This document shows, piece by piece, positions 28,101 through 43,900 of a stretch of DNA of 64,000 nucleotides. The position numbers were made by a program, and so were the translations under genes. Position 1 is the first letter of the stretch; every line of letters starts with the position of its first letter. Under the pieces are notes generated by a model. It saw only the letters and a program-made list of their open reading frames with translations, was not told the DNA's origin and did no database searches. Origin of the DNA: Eledone cirrhosa (taxonomy: Eukaryota); NCBI GenBank assembly GCA_964016885.1, contig OZ024746.1, forward strand, positions 32,674,001 to 32,738,000. The letters are read 5' to 3'.

Positions 28101-31100
28101 CAGACCACCCCTACATTCCAACCTACAACACCCATCCAAACAGTACACTCCTACATTCCAACCTACAACACCCATCCAAACAGTACACTCCTACATTCCA
28201 ACCTACAACACCCATCCAAACAGTACACTCCTACATTCCAACCTACAACACCCATCCAAACAGTCCACCCCTACATTCCAACCTACAACACCCATCCAAA
28301 CAGACCACCCCTACATTCCAACCTACAACACCCATCCAAACAGTACACTCCTACATTCCAACCTACAACACCCATCCAAACAGTACACTCCTACATTCCA
28401 ACCTACAACACCCATCCAAACAGTCCACCCCTACATTCCAACCTACAACACCCATCCAAACAGACCACCCCTACATTCCAACCTACAACACCCATCCAAA
28501 CAGTACACTCCTACATTCCAACCTACAACACCCATCCAAACAGTACACTCCTACATTCCAACCTACAACACCCATCCAAACAGTCCACCCCTACATTCCA
28601 ACCTACAACACCCATCCAAACAGTACACTCCTACATTCCAACCTACAACACCCATCCAAACAGTCCACCCCTACATTCCAACCTACAACACCCATCCAAA
28701 CAGACCACCCCTACATTCCAACCTACAACACCCATCCAAACAGTACACTCCTACATTCCAACCTACAACACCCATCCAAACAGACCACCCCTACATTCCA
28801 ACCTACAACACCCATCCAAACAGTACACTCCTACATTCCAACCTACAACACCCATCCAAACAGTACACTCCTACATTCCAACCTACAACACCCATCCAAA
28901 CAGTCCACCCCTACATTCCAACCTACAACACCCATCCAAACAGACCACCCCTACATTCCAACCTACAACACCCATCCAAACAGTACACTCCTACATTCCA
29001 ACCTACAACACCCATCCAAACAGTACACTCCTACATTCCAACCTACAACACCCATCCAAACAGTACACTCCTACATTCCAACCTACAACACCCATCCAAA
29101 CAGTCCACCCCTACATTCCAACCTACAACACCCATCCAAACAGTACACTCCTACATTCCAACCTACAACACCCAACCAAACAGTCCACCCCTACATTCCA
29201 ACCTACAACACCCATCCAAACAGTACACCCCTACATTCCAACCTACAACACCCATCCAAACAGTACACCCCTACATTCCAACCTACAACACCCATTCAAA
29301 CAGTACACTCCTACATTCCAACCTACAACACCCATCCAAACAGTCCACCCCTACATTCCAACCTACACCACCCAACCAAACAGTCCACCCCTACATTCCA
29401 ACCTACAACACCCATCCAAACAGTCCACCCCTACATTCCAACCTACAACACCCATCCAAACAGACCACCCCTACATTCCAACCTACAACACCCATCCAAA
29501 CAGTACACCCCTACATTCCAACCTACAACACCCATCCAAACAGTCCACCCCTACATTCCAACCTACAACACCCATCCAAACAGACCACCCCTACATTCCA
29601 ACCTACAACACCCAACCAAACAGTACACCCCTACATTCCAACCTACACCACCCATCCAAACAGTCCACCCCTACATTCCAACCTACAACACCCATCCAAA
29701 CAGACCACCCCTACATTCCAACCTACAACACCCATCCAAACAGTCCACCCCTACATTCCAACCTACAACACCCATCCAAACAGACCACCCCTACATTCCA
29801 ACCTACAACACCCATCCAAACAGTACACCCCTACATTCCAACCTACAACACCCATCCAAACAGACCACCCCAACATTCCAACCTACAACACCCATCCAAA
29901 CAGTACACCCCTACATTCCAACCTACAACACCCATCCAAACAGTACACTCCTACATTCCAACCTACAACACCTATCCAAACAGTCCACCCCTACATTCCA
30001 ACCTACAACACCCATCCAAACAGACCACCCCTACATTCCAACCTACAACACCCATCCAAACAGTACACCCCTACATTCCAACCTACAACACCCATCCAAA
30101 GAGTACACTCCTACATTCCAACCTACAACACCCATCCAAACAGTCCACCCCTACATTCCAACCTACAACACCCATCCAAACAGTCCACCCCTACATTCCA
30201 ACCTACACCACACAACCAAACAGACCACCCCTACATTCCAACCTACAACACCCATCCAAACAGTACACTCCTACATTCCAACCTACAACACCCATCCAAA
30301 CAGTACACCCCTACATTCCAACCTACAACACCCATCCAAACAGTCCACCCCTACATTCCAACCTACACCACCCAACCAAACAGACCACCCCTACATTCCA
30401 ACCTACAACACCCATCCAAACAGTACACCCCTACATTCCAACCTACAACACCCATCCAAACAGTCCACACCTACATTCCAACCTACACCACCCAACCAAA
30501 CAGACCACCCCTACATTCCAACCTACAACACCCATCCAAACAGTCCACCCCTACATTCCAACCTACAACACCCATCCAAACAGACCACCCCTACATTCCA
30601 ACCTACAACACCCATCCAAACAGTACACCCCTACATTCCAACCTACAACACCCATCCAAACAGTCCACCCCTACATTCCAACCTACACCACCCATCCAAA
30701 CAGTCCACCCCTACATTCCAACCTACAACACCCATCCAAACAGTCCACCCCTACATTCCAACCTACACCACCCATCCAAACAGTCCACCCCTACATTCCA
30801 ACCTACAACACCCATCCAAACAGTACACCCCTACATTCCAACCTACAACACCCAACCAAACAGTACACCCCTACATTCCAACCTACAACACCCATCCAAA
30901 CAGTCCACCCCTACATTCCAACCTACAACACCCATCCAAACAGTCCACCCCTACATTCCAACCTACAACACCCATCCAAACAGTCCACCCCTACATTCCA
31001 ACCTACAACACCCATCCAAACAGTACACCCCTACATTCCAACCTACAACACCCATCCAAACAGTACACCCCTACATTCCAACCTACAACACCCATCCAAA

Positions 31101-31420
31101 CAGTACACCCCTACTTTCCAACCTACAACACCCATCCAAACAGTACACCCCTACTTTCCAACCTACAACACCCATCCAAACAGTACACCCCTACATTCCA
31201 ACCTACAACACCCATCCAAACAGTACACTCCTACATTCCAACCTACATCACCCATCCAAACAGTACACCCCTACATTCCAACCTACAACACCCAACCAAA
31301 CAGTCCACCCCTACATTCCAACCTACAACACCCATCCAAACAGACCACCCCTACATTCCAACCTACAACACCCATCCAAACAGTACACCCCTACATTCCA
31401 ACCTACAACACCCAACCAAA

Positions 31421-34400
31421 CAGTACACCCCTACATTCCAACCTACAACACCCATCCAAACAGTCCACCCCTACATTCCAACCTACATCACCCATCCAAA
31501 CAGTACACTCCTACATTCCAACCTACAACACCCATCCAAACAGTCCACCCTTACATTCCAACCTACATCACCCATCCAAACAGTACACTCCTACATTCCA
31601 ACCTACAACACCCATCCAAACAGTACACCCCTACATTCCAACCTACAACACCCATCCAAACAGTCCACCCCTACATTCCAACCTACATCACCCATCCAAA
31701 CAGTACACTCCTACATTCCAACCTACAACACCCATCCAAACAGTACACCCCTACATTCCAACCTACAACACCCATCCAAACAGTACACTCCTACATTCCA
31801 ACCTACATCACCCATCCAAACAGTACACCCCTACATTCCAACCTACAACACCCAACCAAACAGTCCACCCCTACATTCCAACCTACAACACCCATCCAAA
31901 CAGTACACCCCTACATTCCAACCTACAACACCCATCCAAACAGTACACCCCTACTTTCCAACCTACAACACCCATCCAAACAGTACACCCCTACATTCCA
32001 ACCTACAACACCCATCCAAACAGTACACTCCTACATTCCAACCTACATCACCCATCCAAACAGTACACCCCTACATTCCAACCTACAACACCCAACCAAA
32101 CAGTCCACCCCTACATTCCAACCTACAACACCCATCCAAACAGTACACCCCTACATTCCAACCTACAACACCCATCCAAACAGTACACCCCTACATTCCA
32201 ACCTACAACACCCATCCAAACAGTACACTCCTACATTCCAACCTACAACACCCATCCAAACAGTACACCCCTACTTTCCAACCTACAACACCCATCCAAA
32301 CAGTACACCCCTACATTCCAACCTACAAGACCCATCCAAACAGTACACCCCTACATTCCAACCTACACCACCCATCCAAACAGTACACCCGTACATTCCA
32401 ACCTACACCACCCATCCAAACAGTACACCCCTACATTCCAACCTACACCACCCATCCAAACAGTCCACCCCTACATTCCAACCTACAACACCCATCCAAA
32501 CAGTCCACTCCTACATTCCAACCTACAACACCCATCCAAACAGTACACCCCTACATTCCAACCTACACCACCCATCCAAACAGTACACCCCTACATTCCA
32601 ACCTACACCACCCATCCAAACAGTACACCCCTACATTCCAACCTACACCACCCATCCAAACAGTACACCCCTACATTCCAACCTACACCACCCATCCAAA
32701 CAGTCCACCCCTACATTCCAACCTACAACACCCATCCAAACAGTCCACCCCTACATTCCAACCTACAACACCCATCCAAACAGACCACCCCTACATTCCA
32801 ACCTACAACACCCATCCAAACAGACCACCCCTACATTCCAACCTACAACACCCATCCAAACAGTACACTCCTACATTCCAACCTACAACACCCATCCAAA
32901 CAGTCCACCCCTACATTCCAACCTACAACACCCATCCAAACAGTCCACCCCTACATTCCAACCTACAACACCCATCCAAACAGTACACTCCTACATTCCA
33001 ACCTACAACACCCATCCAAACAGTCCACCCCTACATTCCAACCTACAACACCCATCCAAACAGTACACTCCTACATTCCAACCTACAACACCCATCCAAA
33101 CAGTCCACCCCTACATTCCAACCTACAACACCCATCCAAACAGTACACTCCTACATTCCAACCTACACCACCCATCCAAACAGTCCACCCCTACATTCCA
33201 ACCTACAACACCCATCCAAACAGTACACTCCTACATTCCAACCTACACCACCCATCCAAACAGTCCACCCCTACATTCCAACCTACAACACCCATCCAAA
33301 CAGTACACTCCTACATTCCAACCTACACCACCCATCCAAACAGTCCACCCCTACATTCCAACCTACAACACCCATCCAAACAGTCCACCCCTACATTCCA
33401 ACCTACAACACCCATCCAAACAGTACACTCCTACATTCCAACCTACACCACCCATCCAAACAGTCCACCCCTACATTCCAACCTACAACACCCATCCAAA
33501 CAGTACACTCCTACATTCCAACCTACAACACCCATCCAAACAGTCCACCCCTACATTCCAACCTACAACACCCATCCAAACAGTCCACCCCTACATTCCA
33601 ACCTACAACACCCATCCAAACAGTACACTCCTACATTCCAACCTACAACACCCATCCAAACAGTCCACCCCTACATTCCAACCTACAACACCCATCCAAA
33701 CAGTACACTCCTACATTCCAACCTACAACACCCATCCAAACAGTCCACCCCTACATTCCAACCTACAACACCCATCCAAACAGTACACTCCTACATTCCA
33801 ACCTACAACACCCATCCAAACAGTCCACCCCTACATTCCAACCTACAACACCCATCCAAACAGTCCACCCCTACATTCCAACCTACAACACCCATCCAAA
33901 CAGTCCACCCCTACATTCCAACCTACAACACCCATCCAAACAGTACACTCCTACATTCCAACCTACAACACCCATCCAAACAGTCCACCCCTACATTCCA
34001 ACCTACAACACCCATCCAAACAGTACACTCCTACATTCCAACCTACAACACCCATCCAAACAGTCCACCCCTACATTCCAACCTACAACACCCATCCAAA
34101 CAGTACACTCCTACATTCCAACCTACAACACCCATCCAAACAGTCCACCCCTACATTCCAACCTACAACACCCATCCAAACAGTACACTCCTACATTCCA
34201 ACCTACAACACCCATCCAAACAGTCCACCCCTACATTCCAACCTACACCACCCATCCAAACAGTCCACCCCTACATTCCAACCTACAACACCCATCCAAA
34301 CAGTCCACCCCTACATTCCAACCTACAACACCCATCCAAACAGACCACCCCTACATTCCAACCTACAACACCCATCCAAACAGACCACCCCTACATTCCA

Positions 34401-37400
34401 ACCTACAACACCCATCCAAACAGTACACTCCTACATTCCAACCTACAACACCCATCCAAACAGTCCACCCCTACATTCCAACCTACAACACCCATCCAAA
34501 CAGTCCACCCCTACATTCCAACCTACAACACCCATCCAAACAGTACACTCCTACATTCCAACCTACAACACCCATCCAAACAGTCCACCCCTACATTCCA
34601 ACCTACAACACCCATCCAAACAGTACACTCCTACATTCCAACCTACAACACCCATCCAAACAGTCCACCCCTACATTCCAACCTACAACACCCATCCAAA
34701 CAGTCCACCCCTACATTCCAACCTACAACACCCATCCAAACAGTACACTCCTACATTCCAACCTACAACACCCATCCAAACAGTCCACCCCTACATTCCA
34801 ACCTACACCACCCATCCAAACAGTCCACCCCTACATTCCAACCTACAACACCCATCCAAACAGTCCACCCCTACATTCCAACCTACAACACTCATCCAAA
34901 CAGTACACTCCTACATTCCAACCTACAACACCCAACCAAACAGTACACTCCTACATTCCAACCTACAACACCCATCCAAACAGTACACCCCTACATTCCA
35001 ACCTACAACACCCATCCAAACAGACCACCCCTACATTCCAACCTACAACACCCATCCAAACAGACCACCCCTACATTCCAACCTACAACACCCATCCAAA
35101 CAGTACACCCCTACATTCCAACCTACACCACCCAACCAAACAGTCCACCCCTACATTCCAACCTACAACACCCATCCAAACAGTCCACCCCTACATTCCA
35201 ACCTACAACACCCATCCAAACAGTCCACCCCTACATTCCAACCTACAACACCCATCCAAACAGTACACCCCTACATTTCACCTACAACACCCAACCAAAC
35301 AGTCCACCCCTACATTCCAACCTACAACACCCATCCAAACAGTACACCCCTACATTCCAACCTACAACACCCATCCAAACAGTACACTCCTACATTCCAA
35401 CCTACACCACCCAACCAAACAGTCCACCCCTACATTCCAACCTACAACACCCATCCAAACAGTCCACCCCTACATTCCAACCTACACCACCCATCCAAAC
35501 AGTACACCCCTACATTCAAACCTACAACACCCATCCAAACAGTACACTCCTACATTCCAACCTACAACACCCATCCAAACAGTACACCCCTACATTCCAA
35601 CCTACAACACCCATCCAAACAGTACACCCCTACATTCCAACCTACAACACCCTTCCAAACAGTACACTCCTACATTCCAACCTACAACACCCATCCAAAC
35701 AGTCCACCCCTACATTCCAACCTACAACACCCATCCAAACAGTACACCCCTACATTCCAACCTACAACACCCATCCAAACAGTACACCCCTACATTCCAA
35801 CCTACAACACCCATCCAAACAGTCCACCCCTACATTCCAACCTACAACACCCAACCAAACAGTCCACCCCTACATTCCAACCTACAACACCCATCCAAAC
35901 AGTACACTCCTACATTCCAACCTACACCACCCAACCAAACAGTCCACCCCTACATTCCAACCTACAACACCCATCCAAACAGTACACCCCTACATTCCAA
36001 CCTACAACACCCATCCAAACAGTACACTCCTACATTCCAACCTACAACACCCATCCAAACAGTACACTCCTACATTCCAACCTACACCACCCATCCAAAC
36101 AGTAAACTCCTACATTCCAACCTACAACACCCATCCAAACAGTAAACTCCTACATTCCAACCTACAACACCCATCCAAACAGTACACTCCTACATTCCAA
36201 CCTACACCACCCAACCAAACAGTCCACCCCTACATTCCAACCTACAACACCCATCCAAACAGTCCACCCCTACATTCCAACCTACAACACCCATCCAAAC
36301 AGTCCACCCCTACATTCCAACCTACAACACCCAACCAAACAGTACACCCCTACATTCCAACCTACACCACCCAACCAAACAGACCACCCCTACATTCCAA
36401 CCTACAACACCCATCCAAACAGTACACTCCTACATTCCAACCTACAACACCCATCCAAACAGTCCACCCCTACATTCCAACCTACAACACCCATCCAAAC
36501 AGTCCACCCCTACATTCCAACCTACAACACCCATCCAAACAGACCACCCCTACATTCCAACCTACAACACCCATCCAAACAGTCCACCCCTACATTCCAA
36601 CCTACATCACCCATCCAAACAGTACACTCCTACATTCCAACCTACAACACCCATCCAAACAGTACACCCCTACATTCCAACCTACAACACCCATCCAAAC
36701 AGTACACTCCTACATTCCAACCTACATCACCCATCCAAACAGTACACCCCTACATTCCAACCTACAACACCCAACCAAACAGTCCACCCCTACATTCCAA
36801 CCTACAACACCCATCCAAACAGTACACCCCTACATTCCAACCTACAACACCCATCCAAACAGTACACCCCTACATTCCAACCTACAACACCCATCCAAAC
36901 AGTACACTCCTACATTCCAACCTACAACACCCATCCAAACAGTCCACCCCTACATTCCAACCTACAACACCCATCCAAACAGACCACCCCTACATTCCAA
37001 CCTACAACACCCATCCAAACAGTACACCCCTACATTCCAACCTACAACACCCAACCAAACAGTACACCCCTACATTCCAACCTACAACACCCATCCAAAC
37101 AGTCCACCCCTACATTCCAACCTACATCACCCATCCAAACAGTACACTCCTACATTCCAACCTACAACACCCATCCAAACAGTCCACCCTTACATTCCAA
37201 CCTACATCACCCAACCAAACAGTACACCCCTACATTCCAACCTACAACACCCATCCAAACAGTCCACCCCTACATTCCAACCTACATCACCCATCCAAAC
37301 AGTACACTCCTACATTCCAACCTACAACACCCATCCAAACAGTCCACCCTTACATTCCAACCTACATCACCCATCCAAACAGTACACTCCTACATTCCAA

Positions 37401-40400
37401 CCTACAACACCCATCCAAACAGTACACCCCTACATTCCAACCTACAACACCCATCCAAACAGTCCACCCCTACATTCCAACCTACATCACCCATCCAAAC
37501 AGTACACTCCTACATTCCAACCTACAACACCCATCCAAACAGTACACCCCTACATTCCAACCTACAACACCCATCCAAACAGTACACTCCTACATTCCAA
37601 CCTACATCACCCATCCAAACAGTACACCCCTACATTCCAACCTACAACACCCAACCAAACAGTCCACCCCTACATTCCAACCTACAACACCCATCCAAAC
37701 AGTACACCCCTACATTCCAACCTACAACACCCATCCAAACAGTACACCCCTACTTTCCAACCTACAACACCCATCCAAACAGTACACCCCTACATTCCAA
37801 CCTACAACACCCATCCAAACAGTACACTCCTACATTCCAACCTACATCACCCATCCAAACAGTACACCCCTACATTCCAACCTACAACACCCAACCAAAC
37901 AGTCCACCCCTACATTCCAACCTACAACACCCATCCAAACAGTACACCCCTACATTCCAACCTACAACACCCATCCAAACAGTACACCCCTACATTCCAA
38001 CCTACAACACCCATCCAAACAGTACACTCCTACATTCCAACCTACAACACCCATCCAAACAGTACACCCCTACTTTCCAACCTACAACACCCATCCAAAC
38101 AGTACACCCCTACATTCCAACCTACAACACCCATCCAAACAGTACACCCCTACATTCCAACCTACACCACCCATCCAAACAGTACACCCGTACATTCCAA
38201 CCTACACCACCCATCCAAACAGTACACCCCTACATTCCAACCTACACCACCCATCCAAACAGTCCACCCCTACATTCCAACCTACAACACCCATCCAAAC
38301 AGTCCACCCCTACATTCCAACCTACAACACCCATCCAAACAGTCCACCCCTACATTCCAACCTACAACACCCATCCAAACAGTACACTCCTACATTCCAA
38401 CCTACAACACCCATCCAAACAGTCCACCCCTACATTCCAACCTACAACACCCATCCAAACAGTACACTCCTACATTCCAACCTACAACACCCATCCAAAC
38501 AGTCCACCCCTACATTCCAACCTACAACACCCATCCAAACAGTACACTCCTACATTCCAACCTACAACACCCATCCAAACAGTCCACCCCTACATTCCAA
38601 CCTACAACACCCATCCAAACAGTCCACCCCTACATTCCAACCTACAACACCCATCCAAACAGTCCACCCCTACATTCCAACCTACAACACCCATCCAAAC
38701 AGTACACTCCTACATTCCAACCTACAACACCCATCCAAACAGTCCACCCCTACATTCCAACCTACAACACCCATCCAAACAGTACACTCCTACATTCCAA
38801 CCTACAACACCCATCCAAACAGTCCACCCCTACATTCCAACCTACAACACCCATCCAAACAGTACACTCCTACATTCCAACCTACAACACCCATCCAAAC
38901 AGTCCACCCCTACATTCCAACCTACAACACCCATCCAAACAGTACACTCCTACATTCCAACCTACAACACCCATCCAAACAGTCCACCCCTACATTCCAA
39001 CCTACACCACCCATCCAAACAGTCCACCCCTACATTCCAACCTACAACACCCATCCAAACAGTCCACCCCTACATTCCAACCTACAACACCCATCCAAAC
39101 AGACCACCCCTACATTCCAACCTACAACACCCATCCAAACAGACCACCCCTACATTCCAACCTACAACACCCATCCAAACAGTACACTCCTACATTCCAA
39201 CCTACAACACCCATCCAAACAGTCCACCCCTACATTCCAACCTACAACACCCATCCAAACAGTCCACCCCTACATTCCAACCTACAACACCCATCCAAAC
39301 AGTACACTCCTACATTCCAACCTACAACACCCATCCAAACAGTCCACCCCTACATTCCAACCTACAACACCCATCCAAACAGTACACTCCTACATTCCAA
39401 CCTACAACACCCATCCAAACAGTCCACCCCTACATTCCAACCTACAACACCCATCCAAACAGTCCACCCCTACATTCCAACCTACAACACCCATCCAAAC
39501 AGTACACTCCTACATTCCAACCTACAACACCCATCCAAACAGTCCACCCCTACATTCCAACCTACACCACCCATCCAAACAGTCCACCCCTACATTCCAA
39601 CCTACAACACCCATCCAAACAGTCCACCCCTACATTCCAACCTACAACACTCATCCAAACAGTACACTCCTACATTCCAACCTACAACACCCAACCAAAC
39701 AGTACACTCCTACATTCCAACCTACAACACCCATCCAAACAGTACACCCCTACATTCCAACCTACAACACCCATCCAAACAGACCACCCCTACATTCCAA
39801 CCTACAACACCCATCCAAACAGACCACCCCTACATTCCAACCTACAACACCCATCCAAACAGTACACCCCTACATTCCAACCTACACCACCCAACCAAAC
39901 AGTCCACCCCTACATTCCAACCTACAACACCCATCCAAACAGTCCACCCCTACATTCCAACCTACAACACCCATCCAAACAGTCCACCCCTACATTCCAA
40001 CCTACAACACCCATCCAAACAGTACACCCCTACATTTCACCTACAACACCCAACCAAACAGTCCACCCCTACATTCCAACCTACAACACCCATCCAAACA
40101 GTACACCCCTACATTCCAACCTACAACACCCATCCAAACAGTACACTCCTACATTCCAACCTACACCACCCAACCAAACAGTCCACCCCTACATTCCAAC
40201 CTACAACACCCATCCAAACAGTCCACCCCTACATTCCAACCTACACCACCCATCCAAACAGTACACCCCTACATTCAAACCTACAACACCCATCCAAACA
40301 GTACACTCCTACATTCCAACCTACAACACCCATCCAAACAGTACACCCCTACATTCCAACCTACAACACCCATCCAAACAGTACACCCCTACATTCCAAC

Positions 40401-43400
40401 CTACAACACCCTTCCAAACAGTACACTCCTACATTCCAACCTACAACACCCATCCAAACAGTCCACCCCTACATTCCAACCTACAACACCCATCCAAACA
40501 GTACACCCCTACATTCCAACCTACAACACCCATCCAAACAGTACACCCCTACATTCCAACCTACAACACCCATCCAAACAGTCCACCCCTACATTCCAAC
40601 CTACAACACCCAACCAAACAGTCCACCCCTACATTCCAACCTACAACACCCATCCAAACAGTACACTCCTACATTCCAACCTACACCACCCAACCAAACA
40701 GTCCACCCCTACATTCCAACCTACAACACCCATCCAAACAGTACACCCCTACATTCCAACCTACAACACCCATCCAAACAGTACACTCCTACATTCCAAC
40801 CTACAACACCCATCCAAACAGTACACTCCTACATTCCAACCTACACCACCCATCCAAACAGTAAACTCCTACATTCCAACCTACAACACCCATCCAAACA
40901 GTAAACTCCTACATTCCAACCTACAACACCCATCCAAACAGTACACTCCTACATTCCAACCTACACCACCCAACCAAACAGTCCACCCCTACATTCCAAC
41001 CTACAACACCCATCCAAACAGTCCACCCCTACATTCCAACCTACAACACCCATCCAAACAGTCCACCCCTACATTCCAACCTACAACACCCAACCAAACA
41101 GTACACCCCTACATTCCAACCTACACCACCCAACCAAACAGACCACCCCTACATTCCAACCTACAACACCCATCCAAACAGTACACTCCTACATTCCAAC
41201 CTACAACACCCATCCAAACAGTCCACCCCTACATTCCAACCTACAACACCCATCCAAACAGTCCACCCCTACATTCCAACCTACAACACCCATCCAAACA
41301 GACCACCCCTACATTCCAACCTACAACACCCATCCAAACAGTCCACCCCTACATTCCAACCTACATCACCCATCCAAACAGTACACTCCTACATTCCAAC
41401 CTACAACACCCATCCAAACAGTACACCCCTACATTCCAACCTACAACACCCATCCAAACAGTACACTCCTACATTCCAACCTACATCACCCATCCAAACA
41501 GTACACCCCTACATTCCAACCTACAACACCCAACCAAACAGTCCACCCCTACATTCCAACCTACAACACCCATCCAAACAGTACACCCCTACATTCCAAC
41601 CTACAACACCCATCCAAACAGTACACCCCTACATTCCAACCTACAACACCCATCCAAACAGTACACTCCTACATTCCAACCTACAACACCCATCCAAACA
41701 GTACACCCCTACATTCCAACCTACAACACCCATCCAAACAGTACACCCCTACATTCCAACCTACACCACCCATCCAAACAGTACACCCCTACATTCCAAC
41801 CTACAACACCCATCCAAACAGTACACCCCTACATTCCAACCTACACCACCCATCCAAACAGTACACCCGTACATTCCAACCTACACCACCCATCCAAACA
41901 GTACACCCCTACATTCCAACCTACACCACCCATCCAAACAGTCCACCCCTACATTCCAACCTACAACACCCATCCAACAGTCCACTCCTACATTCCAACC
42001 TACAACACCCATCCAAACAGTACACCCCTACATTCCAACCTACACCACCCATCCAAACAGTACACCCCTACATTCCAACCTACAACACCCATCCAAACAG
42101 TACACCCCTACATTCCAACCTACACCACCCATCCAAACAGTACACCCCTACATTCCAACCTACACCACCCATCCAAACAGTACACCCCTACATTCCAACC
42201 TACACCACCCATCCAAACAGTCCACCCCTACATTCCAACCTACAACACCCATCCAAACAGTCCACTCCTACATTCCAACCTACAACACCCATCCAAACAG
42301 TACACCCCTACATTCCAACCTACAACACCCATCCAAACAGTACACCCCTACATTCCAACCTACAACACCCATCCAAACAGTCCACCCCTACATTCCAACC
42401 TACAACACCCATCCAAACAGACCACCCCTACATTCCAACCTACAACACCCATCCAAACAGACCACCCCTACATTCCAACCTACAACACCCATCCAAACAG
42501 TACACTCCTACATTCCAACCTACAACACCCATCCAAACAGTCCACCCCTACATTCCAACCTACAACACCCATCCAAACAGTCCACCCCTACATTCCAACC
42601 TACAACACCCATCCAAACAGTCCACCCCTACATTCCAACCTACAACACCCATCCAAACAGTACACTCCTACATTCCAACCTACAACACCCAACCAAACAG
42701 TACACCCCTACATTCCAACCTACAACACCCATCCAAACAGTACACCCCTACATTCCAACCTACAACACCCATCCAAACAGACCACCCCTACATTCCAACC
42801 TACAACACCCATCCAAACAGACCACCCCTACATTCCAACCTACAACACCCATCCAAACAGTACACCCCTACATTCCAACCTACACCACCCAACCAAACAG
42901 TCCACCCCTACATTCCAACCTACAACACCCATCCAAACAGTCCACCCCTACATTCCAACCTACAACACCCATACAAACAGTCCACCCCTACATTCCAACC
43001 TACAACACCCATCCAAACAGTACACCCCTACATTCCACCTACAACACCCAACCAAACAGTCCACCCCTACATTCCAACCTACAACACCCATCCAAACAGT
43101 ACACCCCTACATTCCAACCTACAACACCCATCCAAACAGTACACTCCTACATTCCAACCTACACCACCCAACCAAACAGTCCACCCCTACATTCCAACCT
43201 ACAACACCCATCCAAACAGTACACCCCTACATTCCAACCTACAACACCCATCCAAACAGTACACCACTACATTCCAACCTACAACACCCATCCAAACAGT
43301 ACACCCCTACATTCAAACCTACAACACCCATCCAAACAGTACACTCCTACATTCCAACCTACAACACCCATCCAAACAGTACACCCCTACATTCCAACCT

Positions 43401-43900
43401 ACAACACCCATCCAAACAGTACACCCCTACATTCCAACCTACAACACCCATCCAAACAGTACACTCCTACATTCCAACCTACAACACCCATCCAAACAGT
43501 ACACTCCTACATTCCAACCTACACCACCCAACCAAACAGTCCACCCCTACATTCCAACCTACAACACCCAACCAAACAGTACACCCCTACATTCCAACCT
43601 ACAACACCCATCCAAACAGTACACTCCTACATTCCAACCTACAACACCCATCCAAACAGTACACTCCTACATTCCAACCTACACCACCCATCCAAACAGT
43701 AAACTCCTACATTCCAACCTACAACACCCATCCAAACAGTACACCCCTACATTCCAACCTACAACACCCATCCAAACAGTACACCCCTACATTCCAACCT
43801 ACACCACCCAACCAAACAGTCCACCCCTACATTCCAACCTACAACACCCATCCAAACAGTCCACCCCTACATTCCAACCTACAACACCCATCCAAACAGT
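31421..43900. repeat. Higher-order duplication domain 3 (offsets 5799 and 4759 bp, plus a shorter, more diverged third copy)
   Basis: Offset 5799: TTACATT 31551/37350, CTACTTT 31951/37750 and 32271/38070, GTACATT 32391/38190. Offset 4759: CTCATCC with T at 34892/39651, 39-bp deletion monomer 35271/40030, ATTCAAA ~35514/~40273, CCTTCC ~35651/~40410. Third copy is marked by CCCGTAC (G at 41869), the deletion near 43037 and ATTCAAA at 43311. Confidence 0.88.

Noticed and set aside
24996-40904. 5302-aa mucin/extensin-like ORF
   Set aside because: It has a TTG start from an ATTGCA variant, passes through two frameshifting deletions, and has no signal peptide or unique sequence. Its length simply reflects the absence of in-frame TAA variants.
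41971-41980. AAA>AA deletion as a lineage marker
   Set aside because: It is a singleton in a homopolymer and absent from the corresponding monomer near 32491-32510, so it may be a sequencing error.
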